From Ginglymostoma cirratum (taxonomy: Eukaryota), in NCBI GenBank assembly GCA_024137785.1, contig JAHRHZ010000115.1, forward strand, positions 1,246,428 to 1,310,427: DNA of 64,000 nucleotides, written 5' to 3'. Positions 1 to 13,666 of the stretch are shown here, one piece after another. The number at the start of each line of letters is the position of its first letter. Position 1 is the stretch's first letter. The notes below the pieces were generated by a model. That model was not told the DNA's origin and made no database searches. It worked only from the letters and a program-made list of their open reading frames with translations. Position numbers and translations under genes: made by a program.

Positions 1-558
1 TTGAGTTCTCGTCCTTGCGCAATTGTGTGGTAAAGTGTTGTTTCCGACAAAAAGAAACCATAGGAGAATGTGAAATCGACGCTTCTCATTATGGTTTAGA
101 TTTAAATTTTAGACTTAGATTTTATTGTCTCTTGTACTCGAGCACAGGAATTACAGGAGTACAGTGACAATTGTAAAAAATGGCCATTTTCAGGCGCCAT
201 CTTAACCGAAATGAAAGATGATAAACAGAAACAGAAATATAAGAAATAATCAAAAGAACATGAATCGTCCAGATCACTGTCCCGCCTCTGCCATGAGACC
301 TTGCAGCCAGAAATACAAAGCCCCAAAGTCCTTCCCTCAGGATGCGAACACTCAGGTGTCTGCACATCGCTGAGGCCAGAACGCCACCGCCTCTGTCTCA
401 GTCATGGCCTGGAAAATCAAAGCTGCTGCTGCCGGAACCGCGTTGCCTTTCCTGCTACATTATCCTAAGTTCTTCAGCAGTCAATTGTACGTCAACAAGA
501 TATCTTTGTAGTCTTCCACGAGAGAAAAAAAAAACAGCATTCTGCTGTTGAGTGTTAT

Positions 559-1010
559 ATGCTGAGTTCTGAGTTCCAGACTTCTAAGGAGGCAGCGTAC
601 AACTTTGATCCAGTAAGTATGTTTACTAGTTTTTTTTTTCCATCTGGGTTTAATCTTTTATGACGTTTTTCTTCAGCTAGTCCAGGAAAGACAAGATCCT
701 ACACAGAATCACTCTCAAATATCTATGGCTGGCGTTATGATTTAGTCTTTGACAATCGATGTTGATACACAATACATTTACAGCACAGGAATTTCACAGG
801 CAGAATACAATGCACTTGGTTTCAAAGGAGCCCGATTAGGTGACATCACTTGTGGCAGCATGACACACAACGCTTCAAAGTCTTTGTTAAGGACCCTGAT
901 CAGTGTGTTCCAAGATACTGCCACCACGGAGTCTCGTGGAGAACATTGGCCAGCCTTCACATCAAGATTCAAACTCTTAACAACTGCCTTCATTTCTGTC
1001 CGAAAGTTTC
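559..1010 (+). pseudogene. Highly decayed TCR-type V segment relic
   Basis: GTAAGT donor at 613, pyrimidine tract and CAG acceptor ending 678, then a ~330 nt stretch with frameshifted V-like motifs (SLTID..., H-WFQRSP, ASLHIK...TAF-FC). No clear RSS. Confidence 0.4.
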
Positions 1011-1888
1011 AAACCAAAACTGCATAAAATAGACTAATTATCTTCATGTAAGCTTCAACGCACCTCACAATCAAGTTTACCAATTTATCAGATCCTCCTT
1101 AGTGTGTTGGTTTTATATTAATTCCTGTAAAGCTTTAGACTGAAGTGCAATTCCCTTCCGGGGTTGAGTTGTTATCCAAATGGAGGTCCGCCCTTAAAAG
1201 AAAATGCTAGTTTGGATTTGAGCACATCAACTTTAAGCCAAGCTAGAGATAACTTGCTGCAGAGTGCATGTGGCCATGCAAGAATTAATGTGGTTCTTGG
1301 TGGACAAAACTATGCTGATATGAAATTGTACATACACGTTGTACCAGTTTTTATTCTAACATATATTGACAGATGTGATTGTGTAAAATTGGACGTGTTT
1401 ATTCTACGGCTAACATTACGGAACTGTCACATTGGATGTTTCGGCACACACCTGGCCAAATAAGTTTTTGGTTAATCGGTGAAGACTGGGTTCATGCAGC
1501 CTAAGTGTAATACTTCGAGGGCCCTATCGAAGATTTTGATTCAAAAATTGATTTACTGGTTCTCAATAACACACCACACTTGGCAAGTGATCAAACAGAC
1601 GTAATTGTTGTCTGGAGTTAGAAGATAGTTAGAAGAAAATTTATATTGCTCAGACTGGCCAAAAATCCAGTTAACTACATTTCTTTAATGTGAAGATATT
1701 CAGCAAGGGAACTTCTACACCTGGCCACTTCATATTGGAGCAATGTCTTAGCACATATTAAACAATCCATTCCATCTCATTAGGAATGTCAGTCGAATAG
1801 CAGCTGCACTGATCTGTTTTGCTTCAAGAAGTGTAGTCGATGTAAACTTTCAGAAATCTAGTTATCTCCCTGCAGACTTACCACCAGC

Positions 1889-1895
1889 TATAAAG
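1889..1895 (+). promoter_or_regulatory. Candidate TATA box of GPCR gene 1
   Basis: TATAAAG about 50 nt upstream of the ATG at 1945. Confidence 0.4.
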
Positions 1896-1944
1896 GTAAT
1901 CATTTAGCCGTGAAGTGAATAATAAACTGCAGTTCGAGCTAGAA

Positions 1945-2014
1945 ATGCATGGAATACCGAAAGGTCTGGTGTTTTCAATTTACTATCCCATCCTTGCAAT
2001 AATCGGAGTGCCAG
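1945..2014 (+). CDS. GPR139/GPR142-like class A GPCR (gene 1), coding exon 1
   Basis: 70 nt encoding MHGIPKGLVFSIYYPILAIIGVP+G, followed by a GTGAAG donor at 2015. The phase-1 join to 3404 gives ...GVPANL, the TM1 motif. Confidence 0.88.
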
Positions 2015-3403
2015 GTGAAGTATAGAACTTCAGTCGTAGCTGCTTGGATCGTGTGTCAACTGCATCAGTTCTTCACTTTGTCACGAGCGCATCTCCATGA
2101 TATAGATCCTTTCTGCTCTTAACTAGCTACTACTATCACTTCAACGGTACAAATTGTTCACCTGATGTGATATTATTTCTGCTTTTTATTTGCACCGTCA
2201 TGATTTTTCTTTAACCGTCTTATCTCGCCAGCTAACTTAATAATTTATGATATTGACTGAGATGATTTCTCTCTATGTATATATTTTAATTTGTCTTATT
2301 TGACGTGTTGTTTCACCAGCTTTCCCATGTCGTTTCTTTCTCATGAACTGCCTAATTTACCCCTTTAATGTTCATGTGCCTGGGTGTGACGTGTATCACT
2401 TCAAATTTTTATTAGACCCCGCCCCGCCATTTATCATTATCATCTCAAGATATAAACATGGATAGATTGCTTTGTTCCCAATCACTGCGGAGGACTTATG
2501 ATATTGTTAGCTAGGTTAGTGCAATTGTGCTGTATTAATAACAATGTTTTCAAGGACCAAATACCACAAAAATACTGCAGTGTAGTGTGTAGCATTTCTT
2601 CATTGCTACTAGAAAATGATAGAAATTGCTGTTTATTATGAGAGACGCTGAATTCAAATCTAGTGCAGCTATGTTTAAGTTTCGTGGGCGTAATAAGATC
2701 ACATGCAAACTACTACCAAAAACACTGGTTTTCTTTTTAAAGGATTGCTGTTAGTGATTTGGAAGTAACTCAGAGAAGGCAAGATTCGCAGCATTGCAAG
2801 ACTGCACACCAAAGGTCCTTGCAATTATCACTTGAAGAAGTCAATACTAAAATTCAGTGCTGTCCACATTTCTTTCCAAACGTGGAGAAATGAAATTGGC
2901 CACACACTTCGTTCTGTTTCCACATTTATATCAGCATATAGTTTCTGTGAGTCGATGCAACTCATTTCCTTAAAACGAACTGTATTTGATCCTGAATGAA
3001 GTGTAACCCGTGTTCCAACCAGCTTCCACACTCGTTGTTGATCACTTACTACTTGCCCACTGCAGCATTTTTCTAAAGTATTTTGCTGTTATTATTTATC
3101 TAGATCATTTAATGGATCAATGTTTTCTAGATATGACTTATCCTTGGTGCAGATATCTGCTAAAAATCCAAGCATATTTTTAAGCTGGATGTTTATTTTT
3201 AATGCAATAACTATGGCGCCTGGTGCAAGGTATAATTTTCGTAGTTATATGCTTCACAGTTTATCCAGTGAAATAGAGAATTTTACTGAAAATTGAACAA
3301 GTATTTTGACTGTTCTTCTACCTTATGAAACACAAATTCTCTCCCACTGTCTCTCCGCCACCCCGTATCTCCCACTGTCCTTCTTTCTCACTGTGTTTTA
3401 CAG

Positions 3404-4302
3404 CTAATTTGACTGTGATTGCGATCTTGTCTCAGAGAAGATGTGGTCTGTCTGCGTGTGTGATTCTTTACCTGCTGTCCATTGCGGTGTCAGATCTCCT
3501 GGTGCTGGTTACCGCTGTAGTATTAAACCGGATTGCTGGGATTTACTTTCCATACAGTTTCCTGTCTATCACTCCAGTTTGCAGTCTCCGTACTGTCTTA
3601 ATTTCCACTGTTGTAGACAGTTCTACTTGGCTAACTGTCACTTTCACCTTTGATCGATTTGTGATGATTTCTTGTCAGGAGCTGAAAACAAAATATTGCA
3701 CTAAAAAGACAGCAGCAAGGGCCATAGGAGTTGTATCTGCATTGTGTTGTATTAAAAGTGCATTTTTATATTTTATATATGAACCTCTGTACACGTTTAA
3801 AAATGTATCCTGGTTCTGCAACCCAAAGTTAATATTTTATATTTCACCTGCATGGGCAGCATATGACTTAATTCGTAGCATTTTCAATCCTCTTCTACCA
3901 TCCATTCTGATTTTCCTACTCAATGCTCTGACTGTTCGATACATGCTCGTGGCCGTGAGGGCCCGCAGGAGACTTCGGGTCCAGAGTCACGGACAGCATC
4001 AGAGTGACCCAGAGATGGAGAGGCGGAAAAAGTCCATCGTTTTACTCTTTGCAATTTCAGGTAGTTTCCTATTGTTATATCTGTTACCTTTTATAACGGT
4101 CCTGTATGTCCGAATTGCTAAAGTTGCCTATTTCTCAGGTTCAGGTTTCAGTAAATCGACATTTATCCTTGAGGAAAATGGAGCCATGCTGTTATTTTTG
4201 TGTTCCTGCATTAACCCATTTATTTATGCTGGAACACAAAATAAATTTAGAGTCGAATTGAAGAATTGGCTGAAATATCCATTGCTCCAATTTCTTAAAT
4301 GA
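3404..4302 (+). CDS. GPR139/GPR142-like class A GPCR (gene 1), coding exon 2; spliced product 322 aa
   Basis: TTTTACAG acceptor ending 3403; open frame with 7TM motifs (AVSDLL, FTFDRF, KYCT, PLLP, KSIVLLFAIS, INPFIY); stop at 4300-4302. The ORF-track start at 3325 is intronic. Confidence 0.92.
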
Positions 4303-4813
4303 TTCGAAGTTTTACTAATGAGTGTATCCAATGTCAACAGTGTGCAATGTTCCAAAAGTGCCATGTTACAACTCTCAGATGGGAAATATGCAATTTAAAC
4401 AGGCAGAATTTGAAGTAAAAATCAGTGGTATTAGGACATCCTATGTTTTGTTCACTGATGAGTTTTAATGTCAACAGAGAAAAAAAAAACACCATTTGTT
4501 GTCCCCCATAATTGCGGGCATATTATACACTGATACGGTGACTGCATATGAAATAAATAGAAGCACATTGTCCTGTAAAACCGATTGAAGAAATGTTTCA
4601 TTATTCAAATATGTTTAATGTTCTATCATGCAACTGACTGAGTTATTGCCCAGAGTGACATAAATCGAGACAAAGCCTAATATTTTATGATGAAAAATAT
4701 GAGCTATTGCAGTGACAAATCAGACAACATCCAGTGTCAGATAAGAATGAATGGCCAGTTGTGATTGCACATTGAAAAAAAAAGCAGCACAACAGAATTT
4801 GAGACATTAATTT

Positions 4814-5278
4814 TTTTTTTGTCGTCCGTACTAGAAGTTTTCCAACACTGAGCCTGAGTGCTTAGTAACTCACCAGAGAGCCAGTCAGCTTCAGACACGA
4901 GATAGTTCAACTGGTTCATTCATTCACACTCTGCAGGAAACAGTTTTCAACAAAGTCTGCTTCATATTCAGAACCACTTGAATGCCTTTACAGAATAAAC
5001 TCAGACTGTGAGTCTGGATGTTGTCAGTACCAGAATAAATAATAGTAACTCCAGGCCAGGTGATAGGAACAGATTAATATCCGTCCTTGACCTTCTGTCT
5101 AAACATATAAGGACAGCGGCTGAGTGATATAATCTCTATAATCCATTTTTAAAACATAATGTTCAATGAGGAAACGATCAGAGCGGTGGAGATTAAAAAT
5201 TCAGAGAAGTGATGGAATGTGTTTAGTCACAATTCAAAGTAGCAGAAATGCCCCCCAAACAACCCAGGCCCAGCAGCT
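4814..5278 (-). pseudogene. TCR alpha/delta-type V pseudogene with 23-RSS
   Basis: Translates DYITQPLSLYV*TEGQGRILICSY...YLFWY*QHPDSQSEFIL*RHSSGSEYEADF...TISCLKLTGS..Y*ALR. RSS CTCAGTG (4846-4852), 23 nt, ACAAAAAAA (4814-4822). Degenerate leader ~5231-5278. Confidence 0.85.
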
Positions 5279-5639
5279 GTGCTGATTTGCCCGGTCTATG
5301 CCAGGTGAGTTGGATATTTGAAGACATTCGTTCTAATCGTTATCCTCAACAGTCTTCTGTCAGGTCTCATTTCACAGTTTGTGCGCTCAGAATACAATGG
5401 AACGAATAGGGAGTATGTTAGCTCTGACTGAATAGAAGCATTTCGAAATGGGTTAGCACCAGCGATCACATCGGAGAGAATCTTCCACTTTACAGGCATG
5501 GAGCTGGGTTGAAACACATGCCTGCTATTATTTTATAGAACACGAATGCCGTTGGCTTGGTCACTATTTGTTTCATATCCCTAATTTCCCAAAGGGTGTC
5601 GTGGAGATCTGCAATCTTCTATCTACATTCACATACACC

Positions 5640-7550
5640 TTGTTAATACACATAGCAAATAGCAGGGGTATCCGCACTGAACACTGCGGAATGCCCATGG
5701 TCAGAGACTTCCAATCACAAAAACAATGTTTCACAATCGCCTCTGCCTCCTATTTCCAGGATAATTTTAGATTTACTTTGGATCACACGAGGTCTTATCA
5801 TGTGGATCAGCATTCCATGGAGCAACCTCGCCAAAGGCATTACTGAAGACCATATGAGCCACATAGACTGCATTACCTCCACCAATATATTTCGTCCACT
5901 TTGCAAAACAAAACTCGACTAACCTAATCAGACATGAACCACTGCTAACAAATCCATTCTGTCTATCCCTTTTAATCCTTGCCTTTTCAAATGCAGATTA
6001 ATCTTATCATTCAGAAGTATCTTTTTCTAATACTTCTCTCACATCTGACGTCGGAGGAACTGCCCTGTAATAATCTGTCTATCCCTGCTTCCCAACTTGA
6101 ACAAAGGAACTATGTTAGCTCACGACTAGCTATCCAACACTTCTCCTGTGGGCAGTGAAATATTGAGTACATCTGCCAGGCTCTCAACAATATCTTCCCT
6201 TGGCATCCATAGCAACCTGGGTGCATTTCATCAGAGCTTGGGAATCTATGTATCCTTACTAACGCTAATACAAATCTCATTCATCTTCCTTATAAATCCC
6301 AAAATGCTCTAGCAACTCATCATCCTAACTGAAATTGCCAGCAATAACGTGTTTCTCCACTGTGCGTACAGATGAGAAGTAATGGTTTAAGACCACGTTA
6401 TTGTGTTCAATTCTGGTCGCCACACGACCAGAAGTTAGTGATGGCTTTGGAAAGGGTACAGAAAAGATTTACCAGGATGTGACCTGTTCTGGAGGGGATT
6501 AGCCATGTGGAGAGATTGGAGAAACTTGCGTTGTTCACACTGGAACTGGAGGTTGAAGGAGACCTGATAGACGTCTACAAGATTATGAAGGGCATGGACA
6601 GATCGGACAATCAGAAGCATTTTCCCAGGATGGAAGAGTCAGTAACTGGGGACTTTTGGTTTATGGTGCAAGGGCAACGTTTAATTTTGATGTACGAGGC
6701 AAGTCTTTTTTTACACAAAGGGTGTTGTGTGGCTGGAACTCTCTGCTTAGGGGAGGTCCTGGAAGCAGATATCTTGACAAATACCTGAATAGAAAGGGAA
6801 TGGATGAATAAGTTCCCGGGGAGGGAAGGGGGTTTTCGTTGTGACCGGCAGCATGTCGGTGCAGGCTTTTGGAGGGCCGAAGGCCTGTTCCAGTGCTATA
6901 ATTTTATTTTTTCTTTGTTCTTTTGTACCTCACCCAAGTTCACTGGCTTCATGCACACATTTCCACATTGAGCTCTAATAGGCGTTATCCATTCCCAAGA
7001 ATTCCTCTTACTCTCAATATAATTGTAAAATGACTTGGGATATATTGATCCCATCTGCCAAAGACGTTTCATGGACAAGATTTGCCCTTCAAACATCTTT
7101 TTTAAGGTGCCCATCACACTCTACACTTCAAAAGGCACTTCCTGTATTTTTTTTTGGGAAGTAAATTTCCCTGTGCTTCCTTCCTTTTCTTTACTAGACA
7201 ATTACATCCCTTGACATCCAGGGTTCTCTAAACTTCTGGCCCTTACCCTTCATTCTTAGCGGAACGCACTGGGCCTGATTGTCATTCTCATTAAACTACT
7301 TATAAACGGATTCCGACTTTCCAAATGTCGACTTACCTACAAGTCACTGTTACCAGACGTTTGCCAGAAAGTGTCTAATGATATTGAATTTTACTTTTCT
7401 CCAAATTAGATGGATAACTTCTGCACTTTTCTTGTCCGTTTCCATCATGACTTAAGAATTTGCAGAATCATGGGCAATATTCCCAAAATTCTCGCCAACT
7501 GGCGCTTCAACCACTCGACTTCGTTCCCTACAATTAGGACTGGCGTTGCC
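5640..7550 (-). mobile_element. Decayed CR1-type LINE (ORF2 fragments), interrupted by an opposite-strand CR1 3' fragment
   Basis: Minus-strand ORF2-like peptides (e.g. PKSFYNYIESKR) and CR1-like RT nucleotide motifs at 5650-5950. Confidence 0.65.
6398..6900 (+). mobile_element. CR1 LINE 3' end
   Basis: CVQFWSP..., LERVQKRFTRM, ERLEKLALFTLE...GDLIDVYKIMKG, and a 3' tail ending GGGCCGAAGGCCTGTT. Confidence 0.85.
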
Positions 7551-8149
7551 CCATCAACTGAGTATTAAGAGCCTTTTAACTGTCAGACGGATTACAAAAT
7601 TATATGGGCAGGAAAAATCGAAATGGTTTGGTCCTCCTTTACCTCCCACTTTCTTTGACCACCATGGTTAGTACGGGAAATGTCTTCAGAAATAACATCC
7701 CAGAATGTGTCTCATATTTCCATGGTGACATTCCCATTCCATCTTCTATATCTTCCGTTAGCTTTACTGTACAAATTCTATTATCAGATGGTAATCCTTT
7801 AATATGTGGATGTCGTTGCTCGATGATGTTTCTTTCCCTAAAAATATAAGTCATTCATGACGTTTGTAAAAGTGTGATACAAACAAGTTCATATTGAAAA
7901 ATACAGAATTTTCAATAAAAATTCAACTTGTCTCTACTCATCTCCATCTTTTTTCTGCTTAATAAAATCGCATCATTTTTAACTTATTTATCTCTGCATG
8001 ATTATTCCCAAGAGACCAAACTAGACTAACATTCATTCCATTATTTGCACATTTGACACAACTGACTAGCACTGTGAACGCGGAGTTGGTGTTTCAGTTC
8101 ACCAGTCCGAGACACCCATCTATTGGACACTCCTGGAATTCACAAGCTA

Positions 8150-8590
8150 AATGTTTTTATTGGTCTGCTCTATCTCTGCATCAGTGTGAGGGCTTCAGGG
8201 CACGCACGTCTTGGCTCTTTAGGTTTATTTCCTTTGTACAAGTTGACAGAGAAACTTTCTTGTATTTCTAGAGATTTGTAAACATCCCTCATATATCTTC
8301 AGTAAATGCCTTAACAGTTTCCCGGGGATCGTCGACGTACCTGATTAGGGTTCCACCAGCGTATGTTGTCAACTGACAGTAGTCATGTTTCATGTGCTCT
8401 CCCTTCCGGACGTGAATTCAGATGGAGTTTGTCATACGTAAGCATTGCCACTAGTGCATGTGTCACAAACATAAAATGTTTCATTGTTGACGGAATAAAA
8501 TCACCCCTTTGAAAACACACTCGTAATTAACAATTAAAACTCACTTTTCAGATATATCATTATTTTTGGTCAGGAATATACAAAGCACAT
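8150..8590 (-). pseudogene. TCR alpha-type V pseudogene with 23-RSS
   Basis: 46-nt leader 8545-8590 (in-frame TGA) with GTGAGT donor; V exon TSGNAYV*QTPSEF..YCQLTTYAGGTLI(R)YV..PGKLLRHLLKIY..FSVNLYKGNK..ALKP with frameshifts and a deletion. RSS CACACTG (8182-8188), 23 nt, AAAAACATT. Confidence 0.8.
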
Positions 8591-9384
8591 GGTGTCCGGT
8601 TTAGGTTTTGAAAGAAAATATGAAAATATTGCAACTGTTTTGACCCTCCCCGTCTGATATTAAAGTAGAAAATGGATCGGGATTCATTTACTGGTAGGCT
8701 TTAAAGGAGTTTTCCAAATACAGGACTGAATGCTCTGTTAGAGCAGATGACCGTTGCGCATCAAGACGTGAGATCTGGAGACGTTAACTTCCTCTGAACA
8801 TTTACATTTCTTCTTTCACTTCTCAGTCTGACTTTTCCTATGTCTCTTTGCATTGATCTCGACCTCTCCCTGATGAGACCATACTACTTGAAATAGACAT
8901 GCTCTCTGCTGTAAAATGCATGACAATGGGTACCATGTAAATAATGCAATAATCTACTGTTCTTAGGGAAGGAAATTACTCACCTCATCTGTTCTGGACG
9001 ACACGTGACCCCTACCCACAGCAATAAAGTTGCTTCTTAACTGACTGGCTTGCTTTAAGGGATGGACAAGAAATGTCGTAATATCCATTGGTGCTCACAT
9101 CCCTTCAATGAATAAACCAGAATCATGAGAATGAACAGATAGTTTACCGGGTGGATAAATGCAATTACAAACCCCAAAATGGCCAGCATGTGGTTTGAAT
9201 GTAAATGTGGAATTTTCACTTTGATACTGAGCTGAAAATGAAACGATAAATGTTGTTTCTGTTTGTCTACATTCAATGCAGCCATAAATCAGATTCAATG
9301 AATCCAAAATCACAAATAGTATTGCAATTGAAATTATTACCGAAATCATATCTTCAGCAAGCACTCAATCATCCGCTACACGTT

Positions 9385-9540
9385 GAGAGACAGAGGGATA
9401 GAGAAAGGGAGAGAGAAGAAAGGGAGAGAGGGGTAGAGGGACGGAAATAGAGAGACAGGCAGAGATAGAGAGAGAGCGAGATGGAGACAGTGATAGAGTG
9501 ACAGAGAGCGATCAGGAATGACAGAAATTGTGAGAGAAAG
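9385..9540. repeat. GA-rich low-complexity/microsatellite tract
   Basis: (GA)n/(GAGAGAC)-like runs; a CT-rich tract follows at ~9670-9740. Confidence 0.85.
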
Positions 9541-9859
9541 AGTTATCACTGTCTGTTGTGTTTTCAACAAGCCTATGGCTGGAGACAGGTAATCTCTGAA
9601 TATGACTTGTATGAGGTCTAGTGTCAACATCCTAAAATAACTTATTTGTTGAGAATGCCGCCGAACAGACTCTCTGTCTGCCTCTCTGCCTGTCTATCTG
9701 TCTCTCTCTCTCGCTCTCTTTCTCTCTCGCTCTCTCTCTGTGCCAGGAAGAATTTAAAGTTCTCTCCCATCAGCATCATTGACAGTCTTTATCTCGATAG
9801 TTAAGCCTGTTTGATCTGTCTCCTCCCAGTCTTCATCATTATGATCAGAAAGACCTGCA

Positions 9860-10295
9860 ATGACCGGTTTCCAGTTGGAACTCTGATGTTATTCGTTTTG
9901 CGTAAGTTTACATCTGTATTTAGGCAACTTGCTTTCCCCATACCTCGTTGTGTTTGTGTCATGATTCTTTTGTTACAGCCGTTCTGTGCGAGGATGAGAG
10001 CTCACAGGCTAACCAGGTGCTGTCTCTGGAAGGGGAACCAATTGAACATGACTTTCGGCTTCCCATTGGTTCTGGTGATAATGTAGCCTGCAATAGACAA
10101 ACGCTGGCAGGGGCTCCGACATTTGTCGGCTACATATAACAGAGCAATATAACAGTTGGATGCGATGCACTTTCATTTGAGTGAGCAAAGAATACGAAAT
10201 CTATTTCTATATATCACAATGTGGTCGAGGACACAGGTATTATTGTGTGGTCCAGGCACACTGAGACAAACAGTAGACTTGGCCATACAATATCT
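9860..10295 (+). pseudogene. TCR alpha/delta-type V pseudogene with 23-RSS
   Basis: Frameshifted leader 9860-9901 (RFPVGTLMLFVL) with GTAAGT donor; exon from 9979 AVLCEDESSQANQVLSLEGEP...NRQTLAGAPTFVGYI*...VEDTG-YCVVQ. RSS CACACTG (10257-10263), 23 nt, ACAATATCT (10287-10295). Confidence 0.82.
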
Positions 10296-10547
10296 TGAAT
10301 TGTGTTGTGTCTTCACTTCCTGTAAACTTTCGCCAAAACAAGCATTTTACAGATACCAGTAACTTCAGAAACCTTATTTTTTAAAGCACAATCTTTGGGG
10401 TGGATTAAATTACAAAATTTTACGACCATGATAAATTATAGAGAATCACATTAAATGAGGCTTTCTGTGCGTGCAATATTAAAAGTAAATGATGGACAGA
10501 AAAAGAGCGGTGCCTTTTTAAGGATGGACAGGTATATAGTTAGTTAG

Positions 10548-10582
10548 TTAGATAAATAGATAGAAAGATAGATAGATAGATG

Positions 10583-10616
<34 letters not shown>

Positions 10617-10634
10617 CAGATAGATAGATAGATA
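10548..10634. repeat. (GATA)n microsatellite
   Basis: Tandem GATA/TAGA units. Confidence 0.95.
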
Positions 10635-11917
10635 ATGTGCACTTCACCTGTGTCCCGAGGCATTTTATTTATTATTTTTCTTGTAAGTTGCATTTGTTCA
10701 TACTTGGTTGTGTTTTTCAGTTACTTATTCTAAACCTGAGGCATTTTTCAATATCAGTTTATCACGGAACTGCTGGACAAATTATTTTTCCTTCAAGACA
10801 ATGCTACTGTGGACCCTAATGACTTTGTATGCTGCTTTTATTACATTCTCGAATGCCTCTTCTCCATATTCAGAGATGAAAGAGTTGCTGAAGTATATAG
10901 GGGTGCTACTTTGAATAAGAGTGCTATGAGACACTTTGCAATATTGAGGATGAACCTGCGTAAAACTTCACTCTTCCTGGTGATTGAGGAGGCAAAAAGA
11001 TAGTGGTCAGTAGAAGAGAGCGCTGCAGGAAAAATATGTTTATACTTATCACCCAAAAGTGATATTTAGGAAGGTACATGAGCAGGAAAGGTTTAGAGGG
11101 ATATGGGCCAAACACAGGCATATGGGATAAGTGTAGTTTAGGAAAATCAGTCGGTTGGACGAATTGGGCTAAAGGGCCCGTTTCCATGCTATATGATGCT
11201 CTGGCTCTATGATATAACCACAAGTTACTTTAGTGTGAAATTCACACATAATCAGCCTTGACTAAACCCAGTTTCTCTGCATTTTGACCGGAGCTGTATT
11301 TGTCTGGAAGTCTTTCGCGTTACCTTGTGGAAAGAAATTAATCAGGTAGAGGTTTCCTGCTTTATATTATCTGGAAAAATACAAGGGGAGGTGTTTTCTG
11401 TCTTTAATAAATGTATACGGACCTTTGGGGAACTGTGATTGCGAAGGCAGATTTATTTCCTGTCGTTCCTGCATTGATTCTGTCAATGTATGGTAGGACT
11501 TACAGAAAGTATAAAGGTAGGTTCTGACAGTATCTTCTTTCTGCTTTGGTCTTTGTTGTGATCAATGTTGATACTAAGACGAAAGTGTATACTCTGAAGT
11601 GATCTTAAATCTGTGTGAAGGAAATGGTTACACTTACAGGTGAAGAGCGGAGTCGGGTTTTTCAAAATGTTCAAATAGGGATAAGAATTTAAAGCCAAAA
11701 TTTATCACAGAATAATTTACGAAGATAAGTGGTAGTATGAATACAATTTGTCAAGATAAGCTAACAGTAAAGAGAACCTCGTCAGTTCCTGTTCAATGTG
11801 GTGCGTTCCATGATCTTTCAAATGAATTTGTGATTCTCTCACAGTTGGGACTAAATTGCTTCAGCTGATTGTTGTGATAGCGCCCTTTGGTGAGCACTGA
11901 GTTGAAATCTCAGGATG

Positions 11918-12015
11918 GAGTTTTGTATGGGATTCACTATATCAATGCATCACTGTGGTTTGCATGGAACACAGGTACATGACACTGTTGAAAATGAGGG
12001 TATCGACAATAGATT
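11918..12015 (-). pseudogene. 3' remnant of a TCR alpha-type V segment with RSS
   Basis: SIVDTLIFNSVMYLCSMQ, then perfect heptamer CACAGTG (11951-11957), 24 nt, ACAAAACTC (11918-11926). The upstream part is degraded or replaced by (TAA)n. Confidence 0.7.
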
Positions 12016-12184
12016 ATTATTATTATTATTATTTATTCATTTGTAGGAGTTGTTCAGAAGAGTTGAGCAGTAGAAACTCGATAACTCCACCATTTTATTG
12101 GAGAAACTCGTGGTTGGTGAACGTGAATTAATTAAAGTCAAAAAACAGTATCATTTCTAAAATATACTCACATCTGTCTTGTTT

Positions 12185-12256
12185 GCCCTGGTGCGACAAT
12201 GGCTAGGATTCAACACTTTCACTGCCATGTCCTGGCTTCGTCACCTGGTTAGGAAA
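12185..12256 (+). pseudogene. tRNA-Glu(TTC) pseudogene
   Basis: GCCCTGGTGCGACAATGGCTAGGATTCAACACTTTCACTGCCATGTCCTGGCTTCGTCACCTGGTTAGGAAA is colinear with vertebrate tRNA-Glu, anticodon TTC retained, many stem mismatches. Confidence 0.75.
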
Positions 12257-12364
12257 TGCTGGCTTATTGTTCATATGCAACCTCTTCATGTGTCGATGAA
12301 TTTCTGGCATTGCAATCAGCAAAGACAGGGCGAATCTGTCAGAACAAATGAAGGTTGTGTCCTT

Positions 12365-12800
12365 TAAAAAACACTTATTCAGTAACTTCGCACCTTCAGA
12401 CTTCTTTAGCAGAGAATTCCTCAGCTTCTGCACTCTGTGAGTGAACACTATTTTCCTCATTTCAGTCTGAAATGGCCTACTGTTTAGACTGAGACCATGG
12501 CCACTTAATTTAGAAGTGCTAGCCAGTGGAAACATCCCTGTATTATCATTGCCCCATTCAGAAAGCTGTCATGTCTGGAATCAATCTGTTGATTCTTTGC
12601 AGCACTGTGTCCATGGAATGTACATGTTTCCTTCGGGAATGCGACAATAAATTGCACACAGCACTCCAGGCGTGGCCTCTTCAATGCCCAAGCCAACTGC
12701 AGTGAATTCATTGTTCCTTTACCATGTCGACTTGCAATGAAGGCAGACTTGGAATTATTATAGGGGATTTCCTCATCCAAGTTGTTGATATGGATGATAA
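12365..12800 (-). mobile_element. CR1 LINE fragment
   Basis: Minus-strand peptides ALKRPRLECCVQF and RPFQTEMRKIVFTHRV...LRNSL. Confidence 0.75.
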
Positions 12801-13666
12801 GTAAATGTGACTGGCCAACTGCTGCATTAAAAAAATTACCTAACATTTTACACCGCTTCATGGGAGAAGGCAAACATAGACAGAGTTTGCACTGTTAAAC
12901 GAACGTGAAATCATGGGGAAGTGGGGGTGGAGAGAGAGTGAAATTGAAGATTTTCAGATCAGCCATGATCTCACCTAATGGTGGAGCAGATTCGACAGAT
13001 GGAACGGTCTTATTCTGCAGTTATTTCTTGATAATCTTAGTGTCCAGTACACGACAGGCTCAGCCGATTCGTCGGTGCTAATTACCTCACTTTGATTAGT
13101 AAAACGGTTTTGTTGGAAGTTTATTGTTATCAAAAAACAACTTTCCCATTGCATTTTTTTTGTAAAAGAAGCAGGGTATTATTGTTATTAACTCAAATCA
13201 TATAATTTCTCTGTCATAACTTTTCCATTCACGTATCGTTACATTTGGGGAACTAGACAAATGCAAAACTGGGGTAATTTGCATTCTCTACAGATGTATT
13301 ATCCTGGGATATTTTTGAAGAAGAGACGTTCCAAGATGTCGGTGGAGGGGCTGGGGTTGAGATTCAGACATCCCTAAGAACCTAGCACCAGACAATGGTG
13401 GAGATTAAGAGAGAAGGTGAGACACAGAGAAAGACTGCCAAGAAGCGACAGAAAAGTAGACAGATGAAGTAGAAAGTCAGATAATTTTGATGCCTAACAT
13501 TTGTCAGATTTGAGGGGGAAACGAATGCTCCATCTTGGAGAATGCCCCTCCTATTCCCGTTAAGTGATGCCAGTTGCTGATCTGAGTTTGCTCTTTTACA
13601 TCAGCTTGGAAGTATCAAAACATTGAATCAATTCTATTATTTCTCTGAAGGTTTAAAACAGACTTC

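Noticed and set aside
3325-3403. N-terminal 26 aa of the ORF-track 325-aa GPCR
   Set aside because: This is the intronic pyrimidine tract; the true N-terminus comes from exon 1 at 1945-2014.
8070-8120. CACTGTG followed by NAELVF, a possible J segment
   Set aside because: No nonamer at 12 nt, no FGxG motif and no splice donor.
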